A DNA stretch of 64,000 bases, taken from Bugula neritina (taxonomy: Eukaryota > Animalia > Bryozoa). Position numbers and translations under genes: made by a program. The stretch covers positions 27,110,628 through 27,174,627 of the forward strand of contig OZ037767.1 of NCBI GenBank assembly GCA_964035545.1. Direction: 5' to 3'. Positions 25,567 through 38,400 of the stretch are shown here, in pieces (position 1 is the first letter of the stretch; every line of letters begins with the position of its first letter). The notes under the pieces are model-generated. The model saw only the letters and a list, made by a program, of their open reading frames with translations. It did no database searches and was not told the DNA's origin.

Positions 25567-28500
25567 ATGGCAAATCCTTCGTCTAGTGAGGATAGTAATT
25601 CCGACAATAAGCATCTCTATATATCCAGTAGCAACACAGTCACTTACAGCTGCTCATCATCACATTCAGGTGCCAATCTATACTTTTATAGTTTGTTTAA
25701 TGTTGGGAGTTGTGTTATCTTATGAGTAATTTTGCCAATTTAGTTGTCTGTTATACACTTTCATATTGTTTTTGGTCTGTGTACGTTTGTAGTTTAAAAC
25801 GTGTAGAATATTGCATGTTCAAGTAATGGTTATTTATTTTGCAGGTGCATCAGGCAAGTTAACCTTAAAGCCGTTTGCAGAATCGTGTAGCTACTTACAG
25901 TACCGAGTTCCTTTAACAGAACAACATCCATGTTTCTATGTCAGAGTTGATCAATTATGTAAGTATGGAGAAATACTAGCAGTGTGCTATGCTTGTTGTT
26001 TATCATTTTGAACCAATTAGATGCAAAAAATATCAACATTGTCTTATTTTAAAACAATTTTGATCTTTGGAGTAATCCTTCCGTTTATGTCGACTTATTG
26101 CAGTGGGCTTATATTTGCCGCATGATTTTTGTTTGAATCAAGTCTTTATAGTGCAGACATAAACAATCAGATCTGATTTTAGCTGTGAACAGCAAGGTTT
26201 CTATTGGAATTGCTGGAGATAATATCCGTGATGATGTTCACCTTGGCAACCACAACAACACAATTGGTTACCATAGCGACAGTGGAATGGTTGTTAGCAA
26301 CCACTGCTCTCGATCACAAACCAAACCATCTCATTACTCAATAGGTAGGTGACTATGTGAATACAGTTTAATGTATAGAGACATTCCTATGTCTTACATT
26401 ATAGAAGGCCAATTGTTGATCAACTTTCATGGCTGTTCAGAGAGTAATATAGGCGTTTTCTATTCAAATTTCCCAAAAGTTTACCTCTATTAATTAAATG
26501 TTTTTATGAATAAAGTGAAATGCAACTCTAAAAGAAGTTGAATGGCTATTATAGTTTTTGAGTAACAAAACGCTCATATTTTATTGTTTAGATTTTAAGC
26601 CATTCTGTATTCGAATTTCTGCATCAGATTTCCAACATGTTTTGACTGGCATACGTTTTCTAAATTATTTTTAGATTAATGCATTGCTGATTTTGTTAGC
26701 ACATTTAGCCTAATTTTCGATATAAATTAAGTAATACAAATACCATATTTACTATTTGTTATCCCTATGTAAAGGAATTGTAGAGTGTAGCATTAAGTAA
26801 CTCTACGTTTATAGACCTACCTGTATATCTTGCAGGTGATACCGTTGGCATGTGCATTACCAATTTTAGTCAGTCATCGTCTTCCATTATGATAATCAAA
26901 AATGACCGTCCAGTCTGTACCAAGTATCATTATGAGAAAGATCTGCACAAGTACTATCCTACCATTACTCTTGAACATGGCCCCATTTCTCTCACTGTCA
27001 CGTGGCATGATGATATTCCTTTACACAATGTCCCTAAATATCTCCATGTAAGTATTGAACTAGTTTTAGTGAAACAGCACATTTAAAGCTGCGTTGTAGT
27101 GCTTAAGGACCAGCAACTGATGTTTTTTGAAACATTTGTATTTGCATAAAATGTTGACGCACCAGGTAAAAGTAATAGAAATTGATAAAACAGTATTATC
27201 TTTTATCTGCTGTTAAATTAGCTTTGGTGGATATAGATTTACGGTCACTCTTGCACTTAACTGTGTTCAAATGAACAGATTAATACATATTTGAATTCAC
27301 TAAAAATCTTCAACCTTTGAATCGGCCAAGCTTATATAAAGTAGATGTGCTCTAGAACAATGCAACATTAGATCTGATAACTCCAATAATATAAAGAAAT
27401 ATAGATACAACCTCCCTAGTATTCCAAGTTTGTCAATGAAGATCTCACGTCAGCTAAAATTATGTGACACTTTGTATAATTTACTTATAAGTTTTATATT
27501 GAGAGACTCAAGGGCGATGTAAACCTAACTTGGATGCTTTTATAGCTGTTTATGTTGACTTTCTGTAGACAAATCCATGTGATTGGATGGTGATGCCAGG
27601 ATTTTCCTTTGATTCGGTAACCAATACTTTCTGTGTTAGAGATCAAAGCTATGTTGGAGATAAGGAAGTTTTACTGTCATCGTTGCAATCACCTGAACCC
27701 TTATCTCTAGGTCAGTTATTGCGGTCAACATCTGTAGTCTAATGAGTTATAATTGCAGAGTGTTTGTTTTTCTACATTAATTTATTAAGAAGCTGTTTCA
27801 AACTAAAACTGAATACCTTGTTTTTCAATTTTGTTGGTTTTATTATTTTGTAGAAAGAAGTTTTTATGAGGTTGAGCTAGCAGAGGTTTCATTGAATAGT
27901 CGTAATCCTAGTCTTATTATTTGCCTGGTGTCTTGTGGGGCTCATCTGTGCGCCCCGTCGTCTTCTATATGTTATGAAGTGCTCAAGTTTACAATCAACT
28001 ACCAAGGTATGCATGTAGCCTATAAGTGCAACTATATCTCTTTTAAAAAATATGTGTTTCAATTTTAATTGCTGTTTAGGACACACTTTTATAGTTTTAC
28101 TTAAGCTTATTGAATCATATTAATTTCTAATGCCGTTACATGACTTGCTGTATCTTTAACTGGTGCCTTTAAAAACATGCCGTAGTAATAAATTGAATAT
28201 TCTCAAAGCAGTATATAATTTTATTACAATATTATACGTTTATGTCAATCCCATTAGCTTTAGGTAGTGTAAGAACTGCAGCCACTTCAAAGCGGAAGCC
28301 ACTAAAAAATTTTTCCGTCTGTCTACAAATAACTTGCTTAGAATTTTATTGAGTCACTTGTTTGGTGTATAATTTGCAGTGAAGTTGTCTCCTTAGCCTA
28401 ATTATCTTTTTGACTGAAAATCATAAAGACATTAACATATAATACAATACAATGTTTGTGTGTTTTCTTGCATTTGTCGTTTGTTATTTCAATTCTAATA

Positions 28501-31500
28501 GTATATAAAAATAGATAGGACATTTCATATAAATGATTTCGAATGAAATTGTAGCAGTGGAAAATGGTGATAAACTAGGATGGGGTATACACTATCTGCC
28601 ACCATTTGTGGATGAAGATAAGCTGAGACAGCCAATAGTATGCTGTGTAACATTAAACTCTTGCTGTCAAACAAGTGTCTGTTACCTCGAACCAGAAGGT
28701 GGTTACTACCCATTTATAGCATTCACACCTCAAGGTTTGTTCACAATAACAGTTAGTGCACTTGCTGTTGTGGCAACTATTATAGTTTTTCTAGAATTTC
28801 AAGCATTTTAACTTAGTTTGTCATGTCAATAACCCACAATTTTTATTATATATTATCCTCAATATAGTTAGAAGTGTTTTATATTTTTTAAAATTGATTC
28901 ATCAAGATCATAACATGTAAAACCCGCAAATTATATAAGAATTTTTTTAGATTTCAAATTGAAGTTGAGTTTGGCTCACAAACATTTACCTGTGAAGTTC
29001 AATACTATGAATACCTCTGACCATCTACGGATACTGAAGCTGCATTATGAACTGGAAAAGTCTCTCAGGCGTACGTATGCTATCCTAATACTCAAAGTGT
29101 ATTAGCTCAATCAGCCATGAAGACTTACTGCATTATTCTTTTTGCCTTCTAATTGTAGACTGTGAGTTGTCCGAGTTCATGTACTCGCAAGATCTACGAG
29201 TTGACCTACTTTCTGACCACGTTGACCTGACTCTAGACGGAGAGGTGACTGGTGTACACACTCTGCAATACTATGGCCATCCTTTGACCCAAGAAAGGCC
29301 CGTCTTTCAAATCAGCATTACAAAGCTTAGTGAGTCATTGGTTTTTTCAAAGTGCATCTAGTTTGATTTGACGTGGTTGAGGTTGACTATATTTAAGTGT
29401 GAGAAAAGTGGTCACCTTTATTATGACTATATAAATTAATTTCACTTTAATTTTGAAAATAATTCATAAGTTTTATAATTTAGAACTGGGGATAATAAAT
29501 GAATTACTTCAATTATAAATTACTAACAGCTTTTGAAAAAGAGATATTTGACTCAATGTTATGTGGAACTATTTAGCTGAGGATTCTGTGTTGTGTGTTG
29601 GTGTGGCGGGGAGACTCAGCTCCACCAGTAAATATCCGGGCAGAGAAGTGTCTTCCTTGGGCTATCACTCTAAAGATGGAAAAATTCTTTACGATGGCCG
29701 ATCTCAGGCTAATACTCAAGGTCATCGGTTTATTGAAGGTCAGTCAACAGGAAGTCGGTAAGATTTTTCTGTAGCTCTTGAGAAGTGATAAAAATTGTGA
29801 AATTTCGGTTGATGTGATTTTATGCACAGGAGACCAAGTAATGATTGAAGTCTGTCATCGGGAAAACAGTTCTGACTCTGTAATGGTAAGAGTTTGGAAG
29901 AATGAGCTTCCTGTAGCTCTCAGATCTCTAGACATCAAAGGTCACAAAGAGCTCTACGCAACTGTATCCTTGTTCGCCAACGGGTCACCCGTGGCGTGTG
30001 AGCTGATAACTCCTAATAAAATTGAACACCTGCCCACATACTATGTAAGTTACAGTCTTCACTAGTACTGTTATGTAATTTCCTTCTCACCTAGGCAGCT
30101 GTAGTCCTGCATGGTACTGTTGTATAATATGCATATTAAATTGGGCTAACTAACACTATTCCACCTTATCTTATCACAATGAAGTTGTAGCTGGTTCTGA
30201 TTCACAAGAAGTCATTTCACATGCAAGGCTGAAATCAATTTACAAAACTACAGATTGTTTATTGTGCTGAGAAATTTCTGTTTTTAGCTGTGCATATAAT
30301 TGATTGCGTAGTTTATGTTAATTTATAAAGTTTTGTTGTGAATATCTGTTTGTATTCACTTATTTAAGGATATCAAGAAAGAAGTTTATTTGTTTCAGTA
30401 GAATTTTATAATGCATTCAGTGAAATAGTATTCAACAAGGCAAAACTATGTGTAACATAATTTACTTTTTAATACAAGTGTATAATTTGATGAATTATGC
30501 AAACTTTGTCCATCTAGCTTTACAAAATAAGTGTTTGGGTTTGCAGGTAAATAATCTGTTGTACTGGTGTTTGCCTGCCGATGCCCATGTGTCTGCTAAT
30601 GAGCCTGAGGTGCATGTGTCTAACCAGCCTCGGACGGGACACTGCATTGTCTGCCCTATACCAATGTCTAGAGGTAGTTTTAAACTTATGGAGAAGTAAT
30701 ATGTACCACACTTTCCTCCATATTTGGCAAAAAATTTGTCTTTTATTTGCTTCAACCTGCGTAGTTGAAAATAGAATATTCAGACTTTTTAATTTACTGA
30801 CTTGGATTTTCTCCTTTTAGGTATGCACCATTTTGAAGTTAAAATGTTAGAAGACCCTACTGAGATGGGAGTTGTTCCACCTATGATTGCTCTTACTACT
30901 GTATCACCATATGATCCACCAAGAGAAAGCAACTTCCATTTAGATCTTCTGAGATTCTGGCCAAGAAATGATGGTGAGTCGCTCACTACCATAAATAATT
31001 TATTTTGGTTAAAAATTTTTCTAATAACACAATGTTTTTTTATTAGAATTCATTCAACTCGATCCAATATCGAATTTTAAAGTTCTATCAATGGTTTTAT
31101 TTGTTTTAGCTTAATATTAAAAATAAATGTACTGTTTCTATATTGAATTTTACAGTATATAATTATTATATTTATTAGCATATATTTTTATTAGAGTTAA
31201 CACATCCGGATAAGAATTGAGTAGTATAACTATTCAAGTACTAAAATTCTTCTTGTGATTTAAAACAACATAGCTGGTGTTATTTGTACGCTTTTAATTC
31301 CCAATCTTTTTCACAGGCGGCATCCCCACTGATGGTAAGCAGAGTTCTTAATAAGAATTTTATTGTTCTGTTTGATAATTCTGCTGCCGCTTAAACTCCG
31401 TAATTATAATTTACCATATTGTTGTACTTTGCTAAGTGTAATGTGCTGTGCTTCTCTCTCTATTCTTCTCTATTTCTTTTTGTTTATCTATTTTTGTGGT

Positions 31501-34239
31501 TTTAAAAAGTTCTTTCCATTCAGCAATGAATCACGCAGCTATACTTTTCTATTACACTGTGACACTGTGTTATTTTTTTTATCTTTCATGTTGTTATTTT
31601 AATCTTTTCACTCAAAATTGGCTTAGGCACTAGTATTTTGTTGACCAAAAAAGGTTTTTGACACTAGTATTAATTATTTTTACAAAAACTTTACTAAAAG
31701 CGGTAACTTCACTCAATACACTCATAGCACACTTCTATCTTCTATGACACAAGGCTGTTGCTCTGACCTACAGAAACTCATTAGAATTTAGTCTCAAATG
31801 CTTCATTGGTATAAAATGTGTTAAGTGGCACTTTAAATGTCCGGCAATACTCCTAGATAAGTTTTTTCAGCATAATGTTGCAAATATGGCATTAAAATAT
31901 TAGTAGTTTACAAATTTTGAAATAAAAAGATAAATAATTGTTCCTGATAGTCACATTTAATATTTCAGGTCGGCCTCATTACTGCAAGCATAGTCGGAAA
32001 GTATTTACTATTGGTTATGAAAACAATGTTACTAATAAATGGCAATAATAGTAAAAATCGGTTGGTTGCTATAAGGCTGTCTTGAATTTATACCCGAAAA
32101 TGTTGATCACGAAAAACATGTTGACGATGAAAAGGTTCACTAGAAGCATTGTTGAAACATACCTTTTTAAAAGATTATTAAAAGGGGCAGCCATGGTCTA
32201 GTGGTTAGAGCGCTGGCCTAGTAAACACAAGGTCAGTGGTTTGAATCCCAGTAAAGGCCATTAGTACTTCTGTACCACAATAGCAAACAAGTCCTTAGCT
32301 CGCTGTCGAAAATAAATCCTTTTCATTTGGAGTTCTTACAGAGATAACAGCTAGAAGCTCAAGTGAGCTCTTATAAAAGGATTATTGAAATTATGCTATG
32401 TTACAATTTTATCTGTAATAACTTCATTTCTAGCTGCAACGTTAGTGAAGAAAGGGGATACCATGGGATGGGGAGTTATCTTCCCTGATGATGATTTGTC
32501 TGACTCTGAAGAACAAATTGTGCTGTGTTACCTCACCATCAACAGAAACGTTATTCTAACTCGTGCCTTAATACAGCCAGCTGGTGGACTCCATGCCACT
32601 GTGGTCCTTCCATATGGATGTATGTTTACTTTGCTTCTTCCTTTAATTATTATTAGTACATTTAGATCTACTGTGTATATAGTACAGTTGTGTTTATACA
32701 GTATATAGTACAGTTGTGTATACTGTATATAGTACCGTTGTGTATACTGCATATAGTATAGTTGTGTATACTGTGTATAGTATAGTTGCGTATACTGTAT
32801 ATAGTATAGTTGTGTATACTGTATATAGTACAGTTGTGTATACTGTATATCGTATAGTTGTGTATACTGTATATCGTATAGTTGTGTATACTGCGTATAG
32901 TACATTTGTGTATATTGTATATAGTAAAATTGTGTATATCATTACTACAATATCTGTAGGCGAGAAAGTACGACTGGTGTTTGATGCATTGACTATTGGC
33001 ACTCATCCGTTCACTCGTCAGAATGTCCAGCAACTGTACAAGGAAGCCCAGACTGTTATTGAGGAGGAGAAAAGGGCTATAGCCTTAGGTAAAAAGTAGG
33101 GGCTGACTTTGGTCTATATTTTATTGTTGGAAAATCCAGGCTGGGCTGAAGTTACAGCTAGTCAAGTCAATGACTAACCAAGTCAAGTCATGTTCAAGTT
33201 AATCAATCACTCATGTCAGCTGTAGTCGATTTACGTTGACTTAATACATTAAGAACAAAGTTGAAGTATATTACAGGCTAGATACAGAGACAACTATGGT
33301 ATGCATTACATACAGGTATACACATACACAAATGCATGTGGTCCATGAGTTAGTTTATATAATATTAATTTAAAAGCGTACATACAATTTATAAAACTTA
33401 GTGTGTAGTTACCTGCATTTGGCTGCCTGAATAAAAATAATAAATGTATATTTTTAGGTCGAGCTATTCTGAAATTATTATTTATATATGTATTTGATAA
33501 ATAACAAAAAAGTTAAAGATGACCACCCTAATACAGGTCAAATGAATTGTAGTAACCATGAAATGTTTCTAATTACAGTTGAAATTATTGATTACAGGAG
33601 TTTTTATTGAAATTCTGCTAAATTGTAATGGTTTGCGCCATTTATCTAAATACTTACTATTATTGCTATCAAAAACTAAATAAGTTAACTTAGCACTTTG
33701 ACTTGTGGAATTGTTTAGGATTTGCTGCAAATCAATCAAAATTTCCAAATCAAGATGAATAAAATAAATTGATTAATCAAGTAAAGGCTTTTAGCTAATC
33801 AACCCTGGTCAAGAAACTTTAAGCACTTAAGTAATTAATACTCTAGTTATTTTGACTTAGACTTAACTCTGTGAAAATAGCAAGTTTTCTGTAGCAAGCA
33901 TGTATCTCATAATTCACGAAAGTTTACTAAGTAAACTATCTAACCCCTAGAGCACAGCTGCTCTCTCATTAATGTATTTCATATTTTAATTAAATTTTAA
34001 AACTAGGGTTTCTATTTCAGCATATGATATATTAGTTTATTAAAATATTATAATTAATTGTAGGATTGGAACTGCCTTTTGAGCACAAGAGATTACAAGA
34101 TTTTTACAAACCTCTACCTGATTCTGAGGGTGGGGTGGGTTCAACCCCCCACCCTCTTGGAGGAGAAGATGATTTTGGAGTACACACCGCTGACGAGTTT
34201 GTAAATCATAAAAAGTCAAAAATGTGTACAATTTTATGA
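25567..34239 (+). CDS. SPRYD3-like multi-SPRY protein (apparently four SPRY domains) with C-terminal polybasic CaaX motif, 17 exons, ~840 aa
   Basis: Exons: 25567-25669, 25845-25958, 26183-26344, 26836-27047, 27569-27710, 27854-28006, 28555-28734, 28951-29070, 29159-29329, 29577-29738, 29830-30044, 30547-30673, 30821-30973, 31317-31334, 32434-32619, 32960-33088, 34064-34239, all phase-compatible. SPRY signatures: VSIGIA...TIGYHSDSG...GDTVGM...KN...YYPTITL; GDKLGWGI...PEGGYYPFIA; LCVGVA...YPG...SLGYHSKDG...GDQV...LYATVSL; GDTMGWGV...PAGGLHATV. Ends NHKKSKMCTIL*. Confidence 0.85.
32184..32345 (+). mobile_element. tRNA-derived SINE copy (internally deleted)
   Basis: GGGGCAGCCATGGTCTAGTGGTTAGAGC (A box) ... 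GGTTTGAATCCC (B box); similar to the copies at 36985, 40881 and 41728. Confidence 0.8.
32668..32940. repeat. Intronic minisatellite, 24-bp unit tatagtatagttgtgtatactgta, ~10 copies
   Basis: Fills SPRY-gene intron 32620-32959; source of four spurious ORFs. Confidence 0.95.
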
Positions 34240-35466
34240 TAGTGGCTGCTTTCATTTGGTAATAGCTGTTGCAATTCTTATATACTCTGAATCTCATATC
34301 TGGAATCTCACAACTAAACCGATCTCATACCTGTTTTTATTATGATATATGATATTATAATAGTTCCTATTTTTAAAATCAAATTTTGTATCAACTGTAT
34401 ATCTGTAAATAGAGCCTTTGTTTCCATTACTCGCAACCGTTGGAAGATAAATATTTTATAGTGTTTTTATTTATATGGTCATTAGTGAATTTCCTTGAAT
34501 GAAATGTCATTTCTTTACTACTTCATACAAATTATTTTGTGTTACTTATTTATTTTAATAAACTTTTCTAACAGATTTTAAATTAGTTTCTAGATATTTT
34601 TATGGATAATCCAGTTGTCATATCATAAAAATAATTTTTCGCATAAACAATTATTTTAGTTATACTGCACATTGTAAATTAACATACATAGAGTAAGTTA
34701 GATATATTATGTTACACACTAGAATGTACAACTAGGTTTGTGTTACATAATATAATAGATATGGATTGAAAAAATTCTTAAATTTGAGGAAGTTCGTGGT
34801 CGAACTGTCTTTCTGACCAATAAAACTCAAGTAACAGCTATACAAATACGAGAACGTAGAGTTAGAGCCCCAATAACATGTAAGTTTTTTTAATGCTAGC
34901 CTCGGTTATCAATAAAAAAAATTCTTGCATAAGAAATAAAGGAAAAAAATGCTAATGAATACACAACACATTTCAGTTTTTCGCAGTTTTAGCCCAAATT
35001 CCGCATAAACATCAGAAGGATAATATTATGATAGCAAGTTGTAATTACTTTTTAGGATTTTAGACCATCAACTTTATTGAAGAAATAAAACCAATATAAG
35101 CTGTATCTGTCACTCAGTAACTATTTCAAATGAAGAGTAATATATTTGCCTATCACCACTTTTAATGTACTTGACATAACATATTTATCACATACAGATA
35201 TTAGTTTAAGAGCAATGCACTTGTTACAAATGAATGCAATTGCAGTAAGTGTAGCTATGGATGTTTCCACATTATTTAGAAAGAAAATTTGTAATTTTAG
35301 AAAATTAATCTCTTGCTGTCATTAAGTTTATCTATTTCAAGACTTGGCTCTATGCGTGCAATTAGCTTAAGTGATGCTCCACAATAATTGTATGTGGTTT
35401 GAAGATTTGTATCTGCGAGTAGCGGTTTATTCGGAGAACTGAGCATCAGAAGAGAAGGCTCAGAAA

Positions 35467-38400
35467 ATGAAGCTGCTCCTTTATATCTTACTTGCCCTCG
35501 GCTTACACTTTACAGGCTAGTAAACATTTTCTTTTAATTATGTATATTATATGTTAGAGAAAAGTTGGTAGCTGAATTAGCCTTGCTATAATATAGTGTA
35601 TTACTGTGAATAACAATTATATTACCTGTGTTTTGCACTCCAGTCTGCATGCAAAGTTATGTTTTTGGTTTGAGTTGTTAACAGCCTTAGGGTGTCGCAC
35701 AATGTTACAAAGCTTCTATATAGCTTAACATTATGCAACTAGATATAGCTAGCATTTTTCAGAGCAATATTAAAAATAAATTGTTTTTATGCATGATAAT
35801 ATGGCATTATATTACTTCTTAAAAAAGAATTATTATAATATATAATCTTAATGTTAAAAAGATTAAGTTACTTTCAACAATTATTTACCAAAACCATTAC
35901 ATTCTTGCCTAAACTGTCTCATTTCTACATGCAAATTACTTTACTGCAGGATGTGAAGGCACTAGCACACTCACTTTAACAAACCAAGTGAGATCTCTCT
36001 CTAGCTTTGCTGAGTCTAAATTATCGCTACAAGCTAAAGAAGTTAGCATATGCTTCTGGTGGAGGATGTTTGCTGATGATTTGTACGAAGACACGCAAGT
36101 TATCATAGCAACGGATGAAGAAGGTAGAAACATTCTAGTAAAAATTAAACTCTAAATTCAGTAACATAGCTGCTTTCTTGGTTTAAATTTTTACTAGCAG
36201 AATAACTGTAGAGTTGACATCACGTTTCATATATTATTTTTTATTTGCCATGCTTGGAAAAATTGCTTTTCAGTTTCATTTTAATGCATATTGAAAATGC
36301 CTTTTTCTAAATGACAACTAGTGCCTAGCACATATTTTCTGATCAAATATCTATTACACATAACAATTAATTTACTTGCGAGCAATAGCTTAAGATCTAA
36401 AAGGTATTTATTATAACGCTGCTAGACTCACTTAATAAATTCTGCAGATGCTATTTATGGGAAAACCAAAGTCTAGGAAATGTTGAGTTACTATTGAAAA
36501 AAATTAGAAAAAAGAATGTGTTACATCATTCAACTCTTTAAGCAGTTGAAATTCTAACTTTTTGTCACTATTAATTCCTATTGATAGCTGCATAATATGA
36601 TTATAGATTCTAAACACCCAAGTTTATTGAAAATAAGCAGAAAAAGTGGAAAAGGAGTATTTCTGACATGGCTAGGAGTGACCTCTGACCTTGTGACTTA
36701 CCTGTCTGCAGCCGGAGAGTGGGTTTATTATTGTTTTGCTGTCACGCCTTTCGTGGAGGCAGAGGACTGGCTCTTCAGGGTGAGGTGTTGTATAAATAGT
36801 ACTAGGTTTTATTAAACAACAATTTAGTGAACTAAATTCAAATGTAATTTAAATAAAATATTGTAATACAAGTCACAAGAAGCAATATATTATTGCTTTA
36901 TAAAGCAAAATTGGCATACTAAATTTTTATTTTAGTTTTGAAACTGTTTTAGAAACACAAAATCCAGGATCACTAATTTGTAATAAAAACCCCGTGTTTG
37001 TTTTAAGTCTCCATTTCTGTGAGAACCCCTGATGGTAGAAGTTTGTTTAAGCAGGCTAAGAACTTATTTTTACTATAGCACAAGGTGAATTATGATCGAA
37101 TGCATCCCAATTCCTGACATCCCTCTCCCGAGATTCGAACCCATGACCCTGTGCTTACTAAGGCACCACTCTGGTCTCTATCCTACAGCTACCCCTATAG
37201 TTACTATTGATTTATGCTCTACTGAAATGCTGTGTCTAAGAACTCAACTGATATTACAGGCAATCGCTGCTGTTGCTGATGTACATGCAGCAGACGGTTC
37301 AATACAGATGGTGGCGGGATTTTCTTGCTCTAGGCGCTTCGATTTGGTAGACGATCAGGTTGAAATAGATAAAGTTAAAAACTCAAGGCTGCTAGTTTTT
37401 ACAGATGGAGGTATGTTAGAGTTTAAGACATGCTGCTGTGGTTCTAATCCAATACTGCAAAATATACTAGTGGGACAAATATTGATGAGTTTGAATGTCG
37501 TATTATTTGCAGTATTTTATAATAAATAAAATTACCAAAATATCAAATCAGAGGTAGGTGCAGTAATGGAGAAATTGAGAAAAGCTTGGGTTTTAGATTA
37601 GAATTGTAGCAAAAGAAGTTATGTTCTCGTAAGAATTTCAAACCACATCCCAAACCAAAATCTGTAAAAAAATTTGAAGACCTTGGACAACCCAATTTCT
37701 CCACTAGTGCACCTAAATGTCAAATCAGCCAATTGCTCATAGACATGGAAATTGCCTTTCAACACGTTTTAACTTGTGTCTCTTCTATTTGTTTTAGCAG
37801 ACGGGACGGCTACTGGATCAGTGCAGTGTCTCAACATTTGGAAGACGACTCTTAGTCTATCAGATGTACGTGCATATGCTAGCTGTGAACATACTGGTGA
37901 TGAGTTCAGCATGGTTGATGAGGAAATTACATTACAAGGAAATGCTACAATGGCTATGGAGCCTATGCCATTAAATGCAAAAACTCAACTGACCACAAAA
38001 ACTACAACACCAACTGCTGCAATAACAACAACTACTACAATGACAACACCAACCACTGCATTAACAACAACAACTACAATGACAACACCAACTACTACAA
38101 TAATAATACCAACTATTGTAATAGCACCAACTACTGCAATAATAACAATACCAACTACTACAGCAATTGCCACATCTACCACATCTGTCACCACTATTTC
38201 ATCTGCCGGTATAAGTTTGACTGCAACCAGAAAGGTTCCTGAGCAGAAAGCAGGATGCGCTGAAAGAGACCCTACCACCACTGAAAGATATGCCACACTT
38301 ACTGAATTGGGTGTGTACATATGTATATTCACTATAATAAATATGTACATGTAGGTACATATATAAGTTCTAGGAACACATAATTATGCACAGTACGCCA

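Noticed and set aside
32528-33033. Tyr/Thr-rich repeat ORFs on both strands
   Set aside because: They translate the 24-bp intronic minisatellite.
37092-37259. N-terminal part of the 145-aa ORF (MIECIPIPDIP...)
   Set aside because: Derived from an antisense SINE in the intron; only 37260-37410 is exon.
37985-38350. Val-rich membrane-protein-like ORF on the minus strand
   Set aside because: Antisense shadow of the Thr-rich (ACN) mucin exon.
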